A DNA stretch of 31,945 nt, from contig JAZBOO010000369.1 in assembly GCA_036351155.1 (NCBI GenBank), forward strand, positions 1 to 31,945. Reading direction: 5' to 3'. The notes under the pieces were generated by a model. The model did no database searches. It was not told the DNA's origin and saw only the letters and a program-made list of their open reading frames with translations. A program made the position numbers and the translations under genes. This DNA comes from Candidatus Krumholzibacteriia bacterium. Its GTDB lineage: Bacteria; Krumholzibacteriota; Krumholzibacteriia; LZORAL124-64-63. Of this stretch, positions 25,001 to 31,945 are shown one piece after another (positions within the stretch are counted from its first letter, which is position 1; every line of letters starts with the position of its first letter).

Positions 25001-26828
25001 CTCCAATGGGTGGCTGGCCATGGGCGAAACGCCGGTGGTTTTTTACAGGAACTTCCCCTTGCCCGCCTCGCATAGCCCAGGCGCCATGATTGCCCCCTTC
25101 TGGGACAACCTCAATCAGACGGGCAACAAGAAGGTGTACACCTGGTACGACGAACTGGAGCACCGGTTCATCATCCAGTGGTACGAGATGCCCAACCACT
25201 ACTCGGGAGCCACGCAGAATTTCGAAGTGATCCTGCTGGATCCCGCCCATCATCCCACCGCCACGGGCGATGGCATGATTCTGTTCCAGTATGAAGAGGT
25301 GCACAACACCGACGCCCGGGACGGATTCGCCACCGTGGGCATACAGAACGCCGATCGCACCGTGGGCCTGAACTACACCTACTGGAATCAGTATGCCCCC
25401 GGGGCGGCCCCTCTGGCGGCGGGTCGGGCCATTCTGTTCGGTCCCATCGGTGATATCCTGCTGCCGAGCGCGGCGGTGACACCCGCGGCCATCGCCCAGA
25501 CCTTGGCGCCCGATGGTCAGTCTACCGAGTACCTGCACATCGCCAACAACGGTGATGAGGGATCCGTTCTGGAATTCTCTCTTCAGGTGGAGGACCCGGC
25601 TCTCCTGACGATGGCCAAGGTCGGCAGCGGCGGGCAGGATCACCAGGTCGAGCCCAGCAGCCTGGCCGGCAGCACGGTGACGAGCACCACGATGGACTAT
25701 CTGCCCGGATCCACCATGAACGTCCCTCTGGATATCTATTGCAGCAGTCCTGATGATGAGTGGCTGGAAAGGGTGCATCTGGATATGCCCGTGGGCGTCA
25801 CTGTGAATTCCGCCACGAATGTTGTCCCGGCCAGTAACGGGGAAATCATCTGGAATGGAGAAATCGGGAACGGGATCCAGACCACCTGGGGTTCCGATGG
25901 GGGCCCTTTCTTGTCGAACGGAAACACCGGGTCAGCCACGATCAATCTGACTTTCAGCCCCGATCTGCAGGGTGAGGTGGTCATTCCCTGGACGGTATTT
26001 GGTGATGAGTTTGGTGGACTGCCGCACCAGGTTTCCGGCGAGCTGGTTCTGGCCAGCCAGGGTCCCGCCATCTCGGTCAGTTCCCCGACGGCGGGTCAGC
26101 TGGTCCAGCTTGGCCATGATCTGCCCATTGCCTTCCTGGCCACGGACGGCCCCGAGCTGGTGAACATTGATCTGCAACGAGAGCTGAGTGGACCCTGGAC
26201 CAGCCTGGCCACCGATGTGCCCTTCGACGCCACACCCTGGGTGTGGACGGTCAACGGTGAGCCTGGAGACTACGCGGTGATCCGGGTGAGCGATGCCGCC
26301 GACGCCGCGGTGTTCGGCACCAGCGGCGTGTTCCAGGTGGGCCGTAACCTGGACTGGGTGCAGCCCGCGGTGACCAGCGGGGTAGTGCTTTTCGGTCAAA
26401 CCTTCGACCTGGCTGTGGTGCTGGACGCCACCGGTCTGGCTCCCGGCTTGCACCAGGCCAACCTGGTGGTCAGCACCAACGGGGGAGCGCCTTTCACCGT
26501 GCCCTTGAACTTGACGGTGACCGGACCTTCGGCGGTGGGCGATCTGCCCAGCACGCTCACTCTCCTGGGGAACTACCCCAACCCGTTCAACCCGCAGACC
26601 ATGATCAGCTTCAGCTTGCCCGCCGATCAGGACCTGAGCCTGGGCGTGTATTCCGTGCGCGGCCGGCTGGTGCGCTCGTTGCTGCAAGGAAGGCAAGCCG
26701 CGGGAGTGCACCGGGTCCTTTGGAACGGGCAGGACAGCCGCGGGCAAGCCGTGGCGTCGGGGGTGTATTTCTATCGACTGGAAACCGGTGGCCAGGTGCT
26801 GACCGGCAAGATGATGCTGACGAAGTAG
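22086..26828 (+). CDS. Gingipain-like C25 family protein: propeptide, C25 domain, multiple Ig-like/beta domains, T9SS/FlgD-like CTD
   Basis: ATG 22086 with GGAGG RBS; signal peptide. GEPGVP propeptide; WRREQGY, IIGD, DHYYAMLDGDDILADVHIGRVS, KILGYE, PTC, NGGAVA, NVMGD; GPDAFGY...YDW module; ends GNYPNPFNP...SGVYFYRL...KMMLTK. Confidence 0.92.
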   Translation: MSTRRAVYVFFLVVWFAGLSSFQGVVLAGDSTETRWSISDGESGSRTLNFRLPDLQLHEVQAGGQTWQLLDIEGTTVHGATGEPGVPVASRLVAVPAGMTLRVSLVSALKSDLPNLKLLPLQDPDAESFAYSSAAYSRSASLQEGEPRIEVGRPAILAGQTVVPVTIHAVSYDPAAQQASLWTEVTLKLDFVPDPEAPLASVSHRSVPQSFARQLSRQVLGYQADAGKAADLTGSGLGTYVAVHSGHPNVVAGIAPLLQWRREQGYHVVEINTSISGGTNTVIKTALQNIYNDESIPPLEFITIIGDVGGDFSVPAWTENLSGYGGGGDHYYAMLDGDDILADVHIGRVSVRTMDELTAVIAKILGYEQTPPMDNTDWFGRACLQGDPSSSGITTIYTNQWVKGQLQALGWAHVDTTWSGNFATQMLTSVGQGGSAYGYRGYLGTSGINNGHVESLTNGLRLPMALLPTCASGSFVSNSTARSEAWLRAPNGGAVAAVGTATIGTHTRYNNCYYLGTWDELLNGGDHRIGVAHTAGKVALYSGYYLAEPDRAEIWAMWNNVMGDGATEMWTGVPEALTVTHPTQISFGAQAVTIDVALADQPGPLAGTRVSLFQETSGFQVSALTDASGQVTLNLPDLPAGSITVTVTGHDLLPYRSGMNVGQVDVFCSASGRVLDDGGDLVLNPGEVAALTPLLTNHGTSDAFNVSTELTVLSGPASLTDGSLTFGTIGAGTEVAATTEATLTISSKAQEGDIIRLLLTTTDGLNTWTSLLEETVAAPAFSVSDVDLLDFEGSIDPGESGRFVLTLENLGSQDASSVQAYLTCDNPWVTITHELGTFGSLPSGGSATNYLSAFGLSVSPSCFGGTMIVLDLAVEYAGGLTGAAHLAVTIGGATTDQPTGPDAFGYYAVDNTDLTSDLAPVYDWVAIDPDHGGLGTDLGLTDFGWEQDDTQTMALPFGFSFYGVEYDQVSICSNGWLAMGETPVVFYRNFPLPASHSPGAMIAPFWDNLNQTGNKKVYTWYDELEHRFIIQWYEMPNHYSGATQNFEVILLDPAHHPTATGDGMILFQYEEVHNTDARDGFATVGIQNADRTVGLNYTYWNQYAPGAAPLAAGRAILFGPIGDILLPSAAVTPAAIAQTLAPDGQSTEYLHIANNGDEGSVLEFSLQVEDPALLTMAKVGSGGQDHQVEPSSLAGSTVTSTTMDYLPGSTMNVPLDIYCSSPDDEWLERVHLDMPVGVTVNSATNVVPASNGEIIWNGEIGNGIQTTWGSDGGPFLSNGNTGSATINLTFSPDLQGEVVIPWTVFGDEFGGLPHQVSGELVLASQGPAISVSSPTAGQLVQLGHDLPIAFLATDGPELVNIDLQRELSGPWTSLATDVPFDATPWVWTVNGEPGDYAVIRVSDAADAAVFGTSGVFQVGRNLDWVQPAVTSGVVLFGQTFDLAVVLDATGLAPGLHQANLVVSTNGGAPFTVPLNLTVTGPSAVGDLPSTLTLLGNYPNPFNPQTMISFSLPADQDLSLGVYSVRGRLVRSLLQGRQAAGVHRVLWNGQDSRGQAVASGVYFYRLETGGQVLTGKMMLTK

Positions 26829-26854
26829 GACCGCACAGTCGGCTGAATCCCTGT

Positions 26855-26891
26855 TCCGGCCCGGGGCATCAACCCTGGGCCGGACTTTTTT
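26855..26891 (+). terminator. Rho-independent terminator of the C25 gene, overlapping the 3' end of the convergent kinase gene
   Basis: Stem TCCGGCCCGGGG / CCCTGGGCCGGA (one G-U pair), followed by C and TTTTTT. Confidence 0.8.
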
Positions 26892-29580
26892 GTCCCTGGG
26901 CGGCCCAGGCCCCGTAGACGGCCAAAAGAGCCAGGGCCACGACGATCAGCACCGAGCCCTGCGAATACCACGACGTCCAGTCGGCGGGCTTGGCCGTCCA
27001 GGCCAGGGCCAGGGCGATGCGACCCATCGCAAAGGCGACCACCCCCCACCGCAGCAGGACCACCATCATGATGGCCGAGGACAGCAGGCCCAGGCCGAAG
27101 GCGGGCAGGTTGCCGGGGCCGGCCAGCATGGTCCACAGCAGCAGGCTCAGGATGATGGTCACCACCCGCCTCTTGAACAGGAACTCGAACAGGACCAGCG
27201 CCATGATGTGGATGAAGATGAAACTCAACATGAGGCCAAGATCGAGAATGTGGGCCAGTGCGGCGCGTTGCCCGTCCAGCAGGGACAGGTTGAACCAGGG
27301 CAGGATAGGAGCCGAATCGGTGAGCATGGCCACCAGGTTCCACTGCACCGGACCGCGCACCAGGAAATCCAGGCCGGCGGCGATCAAGCCGATCAGGACC
27401 GACTGGCCAATCAGGGGGTCGCGCCATTGTACTTTTGACCGGCTCAGCAGACGGCTGCTGGAAATGAACATGGTGGGCCAGATGCGTCGGCCCAGGGGCT
27501 CGGCGGCGGTGTAGAGGCCCCAGGCGGCCATGGAAACGAACACCGCCCCGGCAAAAATGGGCCAGATCTCATCGGCCCAGTCCGGCGAGAAAAGGGTGTG
27601 GGAACCCAGTCCATCGGCCAGGCAGGAGAGGAAAAAAACGATCGCCGCGAAGCGCACGGCTCCCCGGACATCGGCCCGGCTCTGTTCCTGGTTGCGGCGG
27701 CTCATGCGGATGGCGAAGATGACCACGGTCAGAATCAACAGGGGGGTCAAGGTGTTCTGTAGCCAGTCGGCCGTGGATCTGGTGAGCAGAGACGGCTCGT
27801 TGCCCAGGCTGGCCAGGCTGGCCGAGGTGGCCACGTTGAACAGGACCGGGCGGCCCTCGAAGGCTCCCGCTTCGACCCGGATTTCCAGGTCCGGCTGGAG
27901 GGCGCGCGTGCCCACCCAGGCCCGGCGGATGTCCGGGGACATGAACCGCTGGTAACGAGGGGGGACCGGGCGGAACCGGGCGGTATCCAGCTCGGCCAGG
28001 GTGAACAGACCGCTCCAGTCGGGTTCGGCCGGATCGCGGGTGGAAAAGCGCTTGGGCAGGACCTCGAATCGGCGCAGGCGGCCGTTCACGTCCAGAACGA
28101 TCAGCACTTCCCCGGCATTGGAGGGCATGGGATTGGTCAGGGTGACGTTGGCCCGGACCAAGGCGGGGCCGCCGACAGGTTCAGGGGAAAGGAGCCGGGG
28201 GGACTGCCGGTACCAGAACCCCATGGCATCGGGTCGTTCGCGCAGCTGGTCCCAGGGGTGGGCGCTGCTGTCCGCCTGCGAAACCTCGGTGATGACATCG
28301 CCCCAGACCAGGAACCCCCAGGCCCGATCGGCGGGATGAGTATAGACCTCTTCCACGTAGCCGAACTGGCCCACGATGTCGCGGGCCCGGTCCATCAGCA
28401 CGGCGGGCGATTTATCCAGGGGCACGAAATTGACCACGCTCATACGCCCGGCCCAGTGGGTGCCGCCGGCCAGAAGAAGGATGGCCACCAGGGCCAGGCC
28501 CCAGGCCTTGTACCCGGCCAGGCCGTCTCGTTGACCCGCCTGAGCCACCAGTTCGGGGGAGGGGGTTTCACCGGCGGCCAGCGCGGCCTGCAGGGGATCG
28601 CCGCCGGGCAGAGCTGCGGCCACGGCCAGGGCCGAGGCCGGACGGTCCTCGGGCGCCTTCTGAAGGCAGCGCATGATGGCCCGCTCGATCACCGGATCCA
28701 GCTCGGGCAACACCGCCGTGGGATGAGAAGGCAGGCTCTGGGTGTGCAGGTTCCGGTAATCGGCCACGGTGTCGGCCTTGTAGGCCTGCTGGCCGGTGAA
28801 CAGCTCATACAGCACCAGGCCCAGGGCGTAGATGTCGCTGCGGACACTGACGTCCTGCCCCGTGATTTGCTCGGGGGACATGTAGGCGGGGGTTCCGGCG
28901 CGCACGTCATCCTTGCCGATGCGGTCGGCCAGCCCGGCCAGACCGAAGTCGGTCAGCTTGACGCGGCCCTTGCCGTCGATCATCACGTTCGCCGGTTTGA
29001 GGTCACGGTGCAGGATGCCTTGGTCGTGGGCTGCGGCCAGTCCGGCACAGATCTGCCGGGCCACCTCCACGGCGCGCTCGGTGGGCAAGCGCCCGAAGCG
29101 GCGCAGGGCCGAGGCCAGGTCTTCCCCGTCCACGTATTCCATGCTCAGGAAATGCTGGCCCGCGTGCTCGTCCACGTCGTACACGCGGCACACGTTGGGG
29201 TGGGTGACCTGGCGGGCGGTCCGGACCTCGTTGAGGAAGCGCTGCAGCAGGTCAGGATTGTTTTCCAGCCCCGGCGGCAGGAACTTGAGGGCCACCGGCT
29301 GTCCCAGCTTGAGGTCCTCGGCCCGATAAACCTCGCCCATGCCGCCCTTGCCCAGCATATCACTCACGCGGTAGCGGTGGTTGATGACATCGCCGGCCAC
29401 GAAACGGGCGGCCTGTTCGCCGGTGCCCGAGTTCCAGGTGCTGCGTGTGGAGCCAGCGGTCACCGTGGGGGAGTCCGGGGTGATGGCCTGGGTGAGGTCG
29501 GGATCTTGAGGCGCACCACAGGAGGGACAGAAGCGCACTTCCGCCGAAACAGGGGTGGAGCATTGGGGGCATCGAGACAT
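26869..29580 (-). CDS. Hanks-type Ser/Thr protein kinase with N-terminal zinc ribbon, extracytoplasmic domain and multi-TM C-terminus
   Basis: CPQC...CPSC; GKGGMGEVY, VALK, HRDLKPAN, DFG, GTPAYMSPE, SDIYALG; one TM, ~230-aa loop, then about 7-8 hydrophobic segments. Confidence 0.95.
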   Translation of the reverse strand: MSRCPQCSTPVSAEVRFCPSCGAPQDPDLTQAITPDSPTVTAGSTRSTWNSGTGEQAARFVAGDVINHRYRVSDMLGKGGMGEVYRAEDLKLGQPVALKFLPPGLENNPDLLQRFLNEVRTARQVTHPNVCRVYDVDEHAGQHFLSMEYVDGEDLASALRRFGRLPTERAVEVARQICAGLAAAHDQGILHRDLKPANVMIDGKGRVKLTDFGLAGLADRIGKDDVRAGTPAYMSPEQITGQDVSVRSDIYALGLVLYELFTGQQAYKADTVADYRNLHTQSLPSHPTAVLPELDPVIERAIMRCLQKAPEDRPASALAVAAALPGGDPLQAALAAGETPSPELVAQAGQRDGLAGYKAWGLALVAILLLAGGTHWAGRMSVVNFVPLDKSPAVLMDRARDIVGQFGYVEEVYTHPADRAWGFLVWGDVITEVSQADSSAHPWDQLRERPDAMGFWYRQSPRLLSPEPVGGPALVRANVTLTNPMPSNAGEVLIVLDVNGRLRRFEVLPKRFSTRDPAEPDWSGLFTLAELDTARFRPVPPRYQRFMSPDIRRAWVGTRALQPDLEIRVEAGAFEGRPVLFNVATSASLASLGNEPSLLTRSTADWLQNTLTPLLILTVVIFAIRMSRRNQEQSRADVRGAVRFAAIVFFLSCLADGLGSHTLFSPDWADEIWPIFAGAVFVSMAAWGLYTAAEPLGRRIWPTMFISSSRLLSRSKVQWRDPLIGQSVLIGLIAAGLDFLVRGPVQWNLVAMLTDSAPILPWFNLSLLDGQRAALAHILDLGLMLSFIFIHIMALVLFEFLFKRRVVTIILSLLLWTMLAGPGNLPAFGLGLLSSAIMMVVLLRWGVVAFAMGRIALALAWTAKPADWTSWYSQGSVLIVVALALLAVYGAWAAQGQKSPAQG

Positions 29581-29654
29581 GAGGGCAATCTATACCAATA
29601 CTGTCGGCCTTGCGACCCAAAAGGTACCGTGCCAGCAAGTTGCCGGGGATGGGC

Positions 29655-31076
29655 TCACTCCACGCCCAGTTGTTCGCCGGTGGGTTGCATGGCCACCACG
29701 GGCAATCGCGCCGGATCCACATCGACCACCTGCAGAGGCTGGTTGGATGACCAGCGGCCTCGAGTGAAGTCGGGCACCTCGCACGAGTCCGAACGATCTG
29801 CCACCGAGGCGATGCTCAGCGGCACCACAGCACTCCAGGCCGCCGCGTCATACACATCCTGGTCCAGGGGCAGCCCGTTCTTCAGGCAGTAGATCAGCCG
29901 GTAGTCCATGATGAAGTCCATGCCGCCGTGTCCGCCCACCTTCCTGGCGATGTCGCCGATGGTCCGGGTCAAGGGGTGCCGGTACTGCTCCTCCAGCTGG
30001 GCGAACACCTCGTCGTCCACAAAACCATGCCCGTGCTCGTGCAGGCAGATGCCCTTGCGCGGCCACTTGCGCGCCATGCCGCGCGAACCCTGCACCAGGT
30101 GGATGCGGCTGTACGCGCGCGGGGTGCTGGTGTCGTGCTGGACCATCACCGATTGGCCGTTCGCGCACTTGATCAGGGTGGTGTTCATGTCGCCGCGGTA
30201 GGTGGGCAGATCGGCAAACTCGGTGTTGCCGGTCAAGCGCGCGTGCTCGGTGAAGGCCGCCTGCTGGCTGGACATGCTGGTCAGGTAATCGAACTTGTTG
30301 CCCCGGTTGATGTCCAGGCACTGGGCCACCGGACCCAGACCGTGGGTCGGATACAGGTTGCCGTTGGATTTCAGGTTGTGCTTGATGCGCCAGTGGCCCT
30401 GGTAAATTTCGCGACCATCCTTGGGCTGCATGTAGTCGACCAGCGAGTGAATGTAGGCCCCCTCGGCGTGGGTCAGCTCGCCGAACACGCCCTGCCGCAC
30501 CATGTTGAAGGTTTGCAGCTCGAAGAAGTCGTAGCAGCAGTTTTCCAGCATCATGCAGTGTCGGCCGGTACGTTCACTGGTGTCGACCAGGCGCCAGGCA
30601 TCCTCGATGGTCAAGGCTGCCGGCACTTCCACCGCCGCGTGTTTGTCGGTGGTCATGGCCCCCAGCGCCATGGGCGTATGCCAGTCCCAGGGCGTGGCGA
30701 TGTACACCAGGTCCAGATCCATCTGGCACAGATTGCGCCAGTCTTCGGGTCCGGCGCTGAAGCCACGAGCCCGGGGCCGCCCGTGCTCTTTCAGAATGGT
30801 CTGGGTGAAGTCCACGCGGTCGGGCCGGATGTCGCACAGGGCCACGATTTCCACATCCTGGATCTTGGCCAGGCGTTCCACGGCGCCCGGTCCCCGCATG
30901 CCCAGTCCCACCACGCCCACGCGCACCTTGTCGAGGGATGGGGCCGCAAAGCCGCACATGTTGGGGCGCTGCACCGAGGGAATGGGCTGGCAACCGGTCA
31001 GGCTGAAGTAGCCCAGGGCGCCGGCGGTGAGGGACATGGTTTTCAGGAATTCGCGGCGTGAATCATCGTGGCGCAT
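29655..31076 (-). CDS. GH109-type NAD+-dependent glycosidase (Gfo/Idh/MocA fold; alpha-N-acetylgalactosaminidase-like), Tat-exported
   Basis: ATG 31076 with GGGAG RBS. SRREFLK twin-arginine motif; VGLGMRG Rossmann motif; ATPWDWH, EVP, LENCCY, YPTHGLGP, GGHGGMD. Confidence 0.92.
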   Translation of the reverse strand: MRHDDSRREFLKTMSLTAGALGYFSLTGCQPIPSVQRPNMCGFAAPSLDKVRVGVVGLGMRGPGAVERLAKIQDVEIVALCDIRPDRVDFTQTILKEHGRPRARGFSAGPEDWRNLCQMDLDLVYIATPWDWHTPMALGAMTTDKHAAVEVPAALTIEDAWRLVDTSERTGRHCMMLENCCYDFFELQTFNMVRQGVFGELTHAEGAYIHSLVDYMQPKDGREIYQGHWRIKHNLKSNGNLYPTHGLGPVAQCLDINRGNKFDYLTSMSSQQAAFTEHARLTGNTEFADLPTYRGDMNTTLIKCANGQSVMVQHDTSTPRAYSRIHLVQGSRGMARKWPRKGICLHEHGHGFVDDEVFAQLEEQYRHPLTRTIGDIARKVGGHGGMDFIMDYRLIYCLKNGLPLDQDVYDAAAWSAVVPLSIASVADRSDSCEVPDFTRGRWSSNQPLQVVDVDPARLPVVAMQPTGEQLGVE

Positions 31077-31175
31077 GGCGGCTCCCGCACAAGTAGAATT
31101 CAAGGGTGTTCCAGGGGGCTGTGAACAGCTAGAATGCCAAAGCGGACGCCCAATGTCATCCCTTTTGGGGGACAG

Positions 31176-31547
31176 ATGATGAAAACCGAATTGTACGAAG
31201 AAAACTGCGGACGGTGTGTCCATGCGACATGGTCGGCCGATACCGGAACGGTGTGCGGATTGACCGGAGCCAAGCCGGCTTTCTCCGGTTGGTGCCGCGA
31301 GCTGGTGATCGACCCCAGTGATGAGGCGCATTTCGAAATCAGAGACTACCGACGACGACTTTCCGAGGGTGCCCTGGAGGGTGAAGCCGCGGTTCAGCTG
31401 TCTGAAATCACCAGCGAACGCCGCTTGCGGGACAGCCGGGGCAATGTCCGCTGGGGGGGCATCATGTTCGGGATCGTGCTGGGGGTGGTGCTTGTGGCCC
31501 GGGCGCTGTACGAGTTGTTGGAATATTTTGCAATCTTTGGAGGATAG
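31176..31547 (+). CDS. Small membrane protein with N-terminal Cys4 motif and C-terminal TM helix
   Basis: GGGGGA RBS before ATG 31176/31179; CGRC-x12-C-x12-C; TM WGGIMFGIVLGVVLVA; stop is 1 nt before the next ATG. Confidence 0.7.
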   Translation: MMKTELYEENCGRCVHATWSADTGTVCGLTGAKPAFSGWCRELVIDPSDEAHFEIRDYRRRLSEGALEGEAAVQLSEITSERRLRDSRGNVRWGGIMFGIVLGVVLVARALYELLEYFAIFGG

Positions 31548-31548
31548 A

Positions 31549-31945
31549 ATGAAGTCCCAACCCCCCGTGTTTTTATTCCTGGTCTTGGCCCTGGCATTCG
31601 GGATGGCCGGCTGCTCCGACGACTCGGGCCCCGCCAACCCACCCCAGGAGCAGCCCTTCGACCCCACGCCGCCGGTCAACCCCCAGGACAAGGGTGATCG
31701 CCTGTTCGGCATCGCGATATCCGAAGGCGAAGAGGGCTTCCAGGCCGCGTTTCCCCAGGCCAGACAGGCAGGTCTCCAGGTGGTGGAGTTGCCGCTGACC
31801 TGGGACGCCATCGAGACGGAGCCCGGGGTGTATCAGGACCCCGATGCCTTGCTGGCCGCCACCTCGTTCTACGGGGTCCACGATGTGCAGGTGATGCTGT
31901 CCATGGCGGTCATCAACACGGTGGCCAGCACGGTGCCCGATCATC
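31549..31945 (+). CDS. Lipoprotein, probable glycoside hydrolase-like TIM barrel (5' part only)
   Basis: Not in the ORF track. GGAGGA RBS; MKSQPPVFLFLVLALAFGMAGC lipobox, Pro-rich linker, then ARQAGLQVVELPLTWDAIETEPGVY, resembling the W-x-x-x-E-x-x-x-G-x-Y motif of clan GH-A enzymes. Open to the window end. Confidence 0.75.
   Translation, partial: MKSQPPVFLFLVLALAFGMAGCSDDSGPANPPQEQPFDPTPPVNPQDKGDRLFGIAISEGEEGFQAAFPQARQAGLQVVELPLTWDAIETEPGVYQDPDALLAATSFYGVHDVQVMLSMAVINTVASTVPDH

Noticed and set aside
31077..31811. 245-aa N-terminal extension of the GH109 ORF
   Set aside because: It overlaps two plus-strand genes; the RBS and Tat signal mark the real start at 31076.

Overview
GC-rich bacterial genomic window with no rRNA, tRNA, CRISPR array or transposase visible. 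Three secreted proteins end in an 'N-x-PNPFN...Y-x-x-R-L...K' T9SS/FlgD-type C-terminal domain, and one is a gingipain-like C25 protein, which suggests an FCB-superphylum lineage outside classical Bacteroidota (inference). Gene order: partial PDZ protein; a cargo-less CTD protein; bacteriohemerythrin; a large beta-helix/FG-GAP/ASPIC surface protein; a translationally coupled four-gene operon (two AlkP/NPP-superfamily paralogs, a 65-aa ribbon-helix-helix-like protein, a 3-TM protein resembling DUF106/EMC3/TMCO1) divergent from a third AlkP/NPP lipoprotein; an ECF sigma/ZAS anti-sigma operon; an FN3 lipoprotein; dienelactone hydrolase; RNB ribonuclease; AEC and DMT transporters followed by a MITE-like element; clpB with a sigma54-type promoter; the C25 protein; a multi-TM Ser/Thr kinase; GH109; a small Cys4 membrane protein; and a partial GH-like lipoprotein. 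The best candidate for an undescribed system is 4988-11682. The small RHH-like protein carries the same 'EEIKKxxxxLGYI' tail that ends the divergent enzyme but is missing from both co-operonic enzymes, and a perfect inverted repeat sits exactly over the operon's -10 box. All calls come from motif reading by eye; no searches were run.
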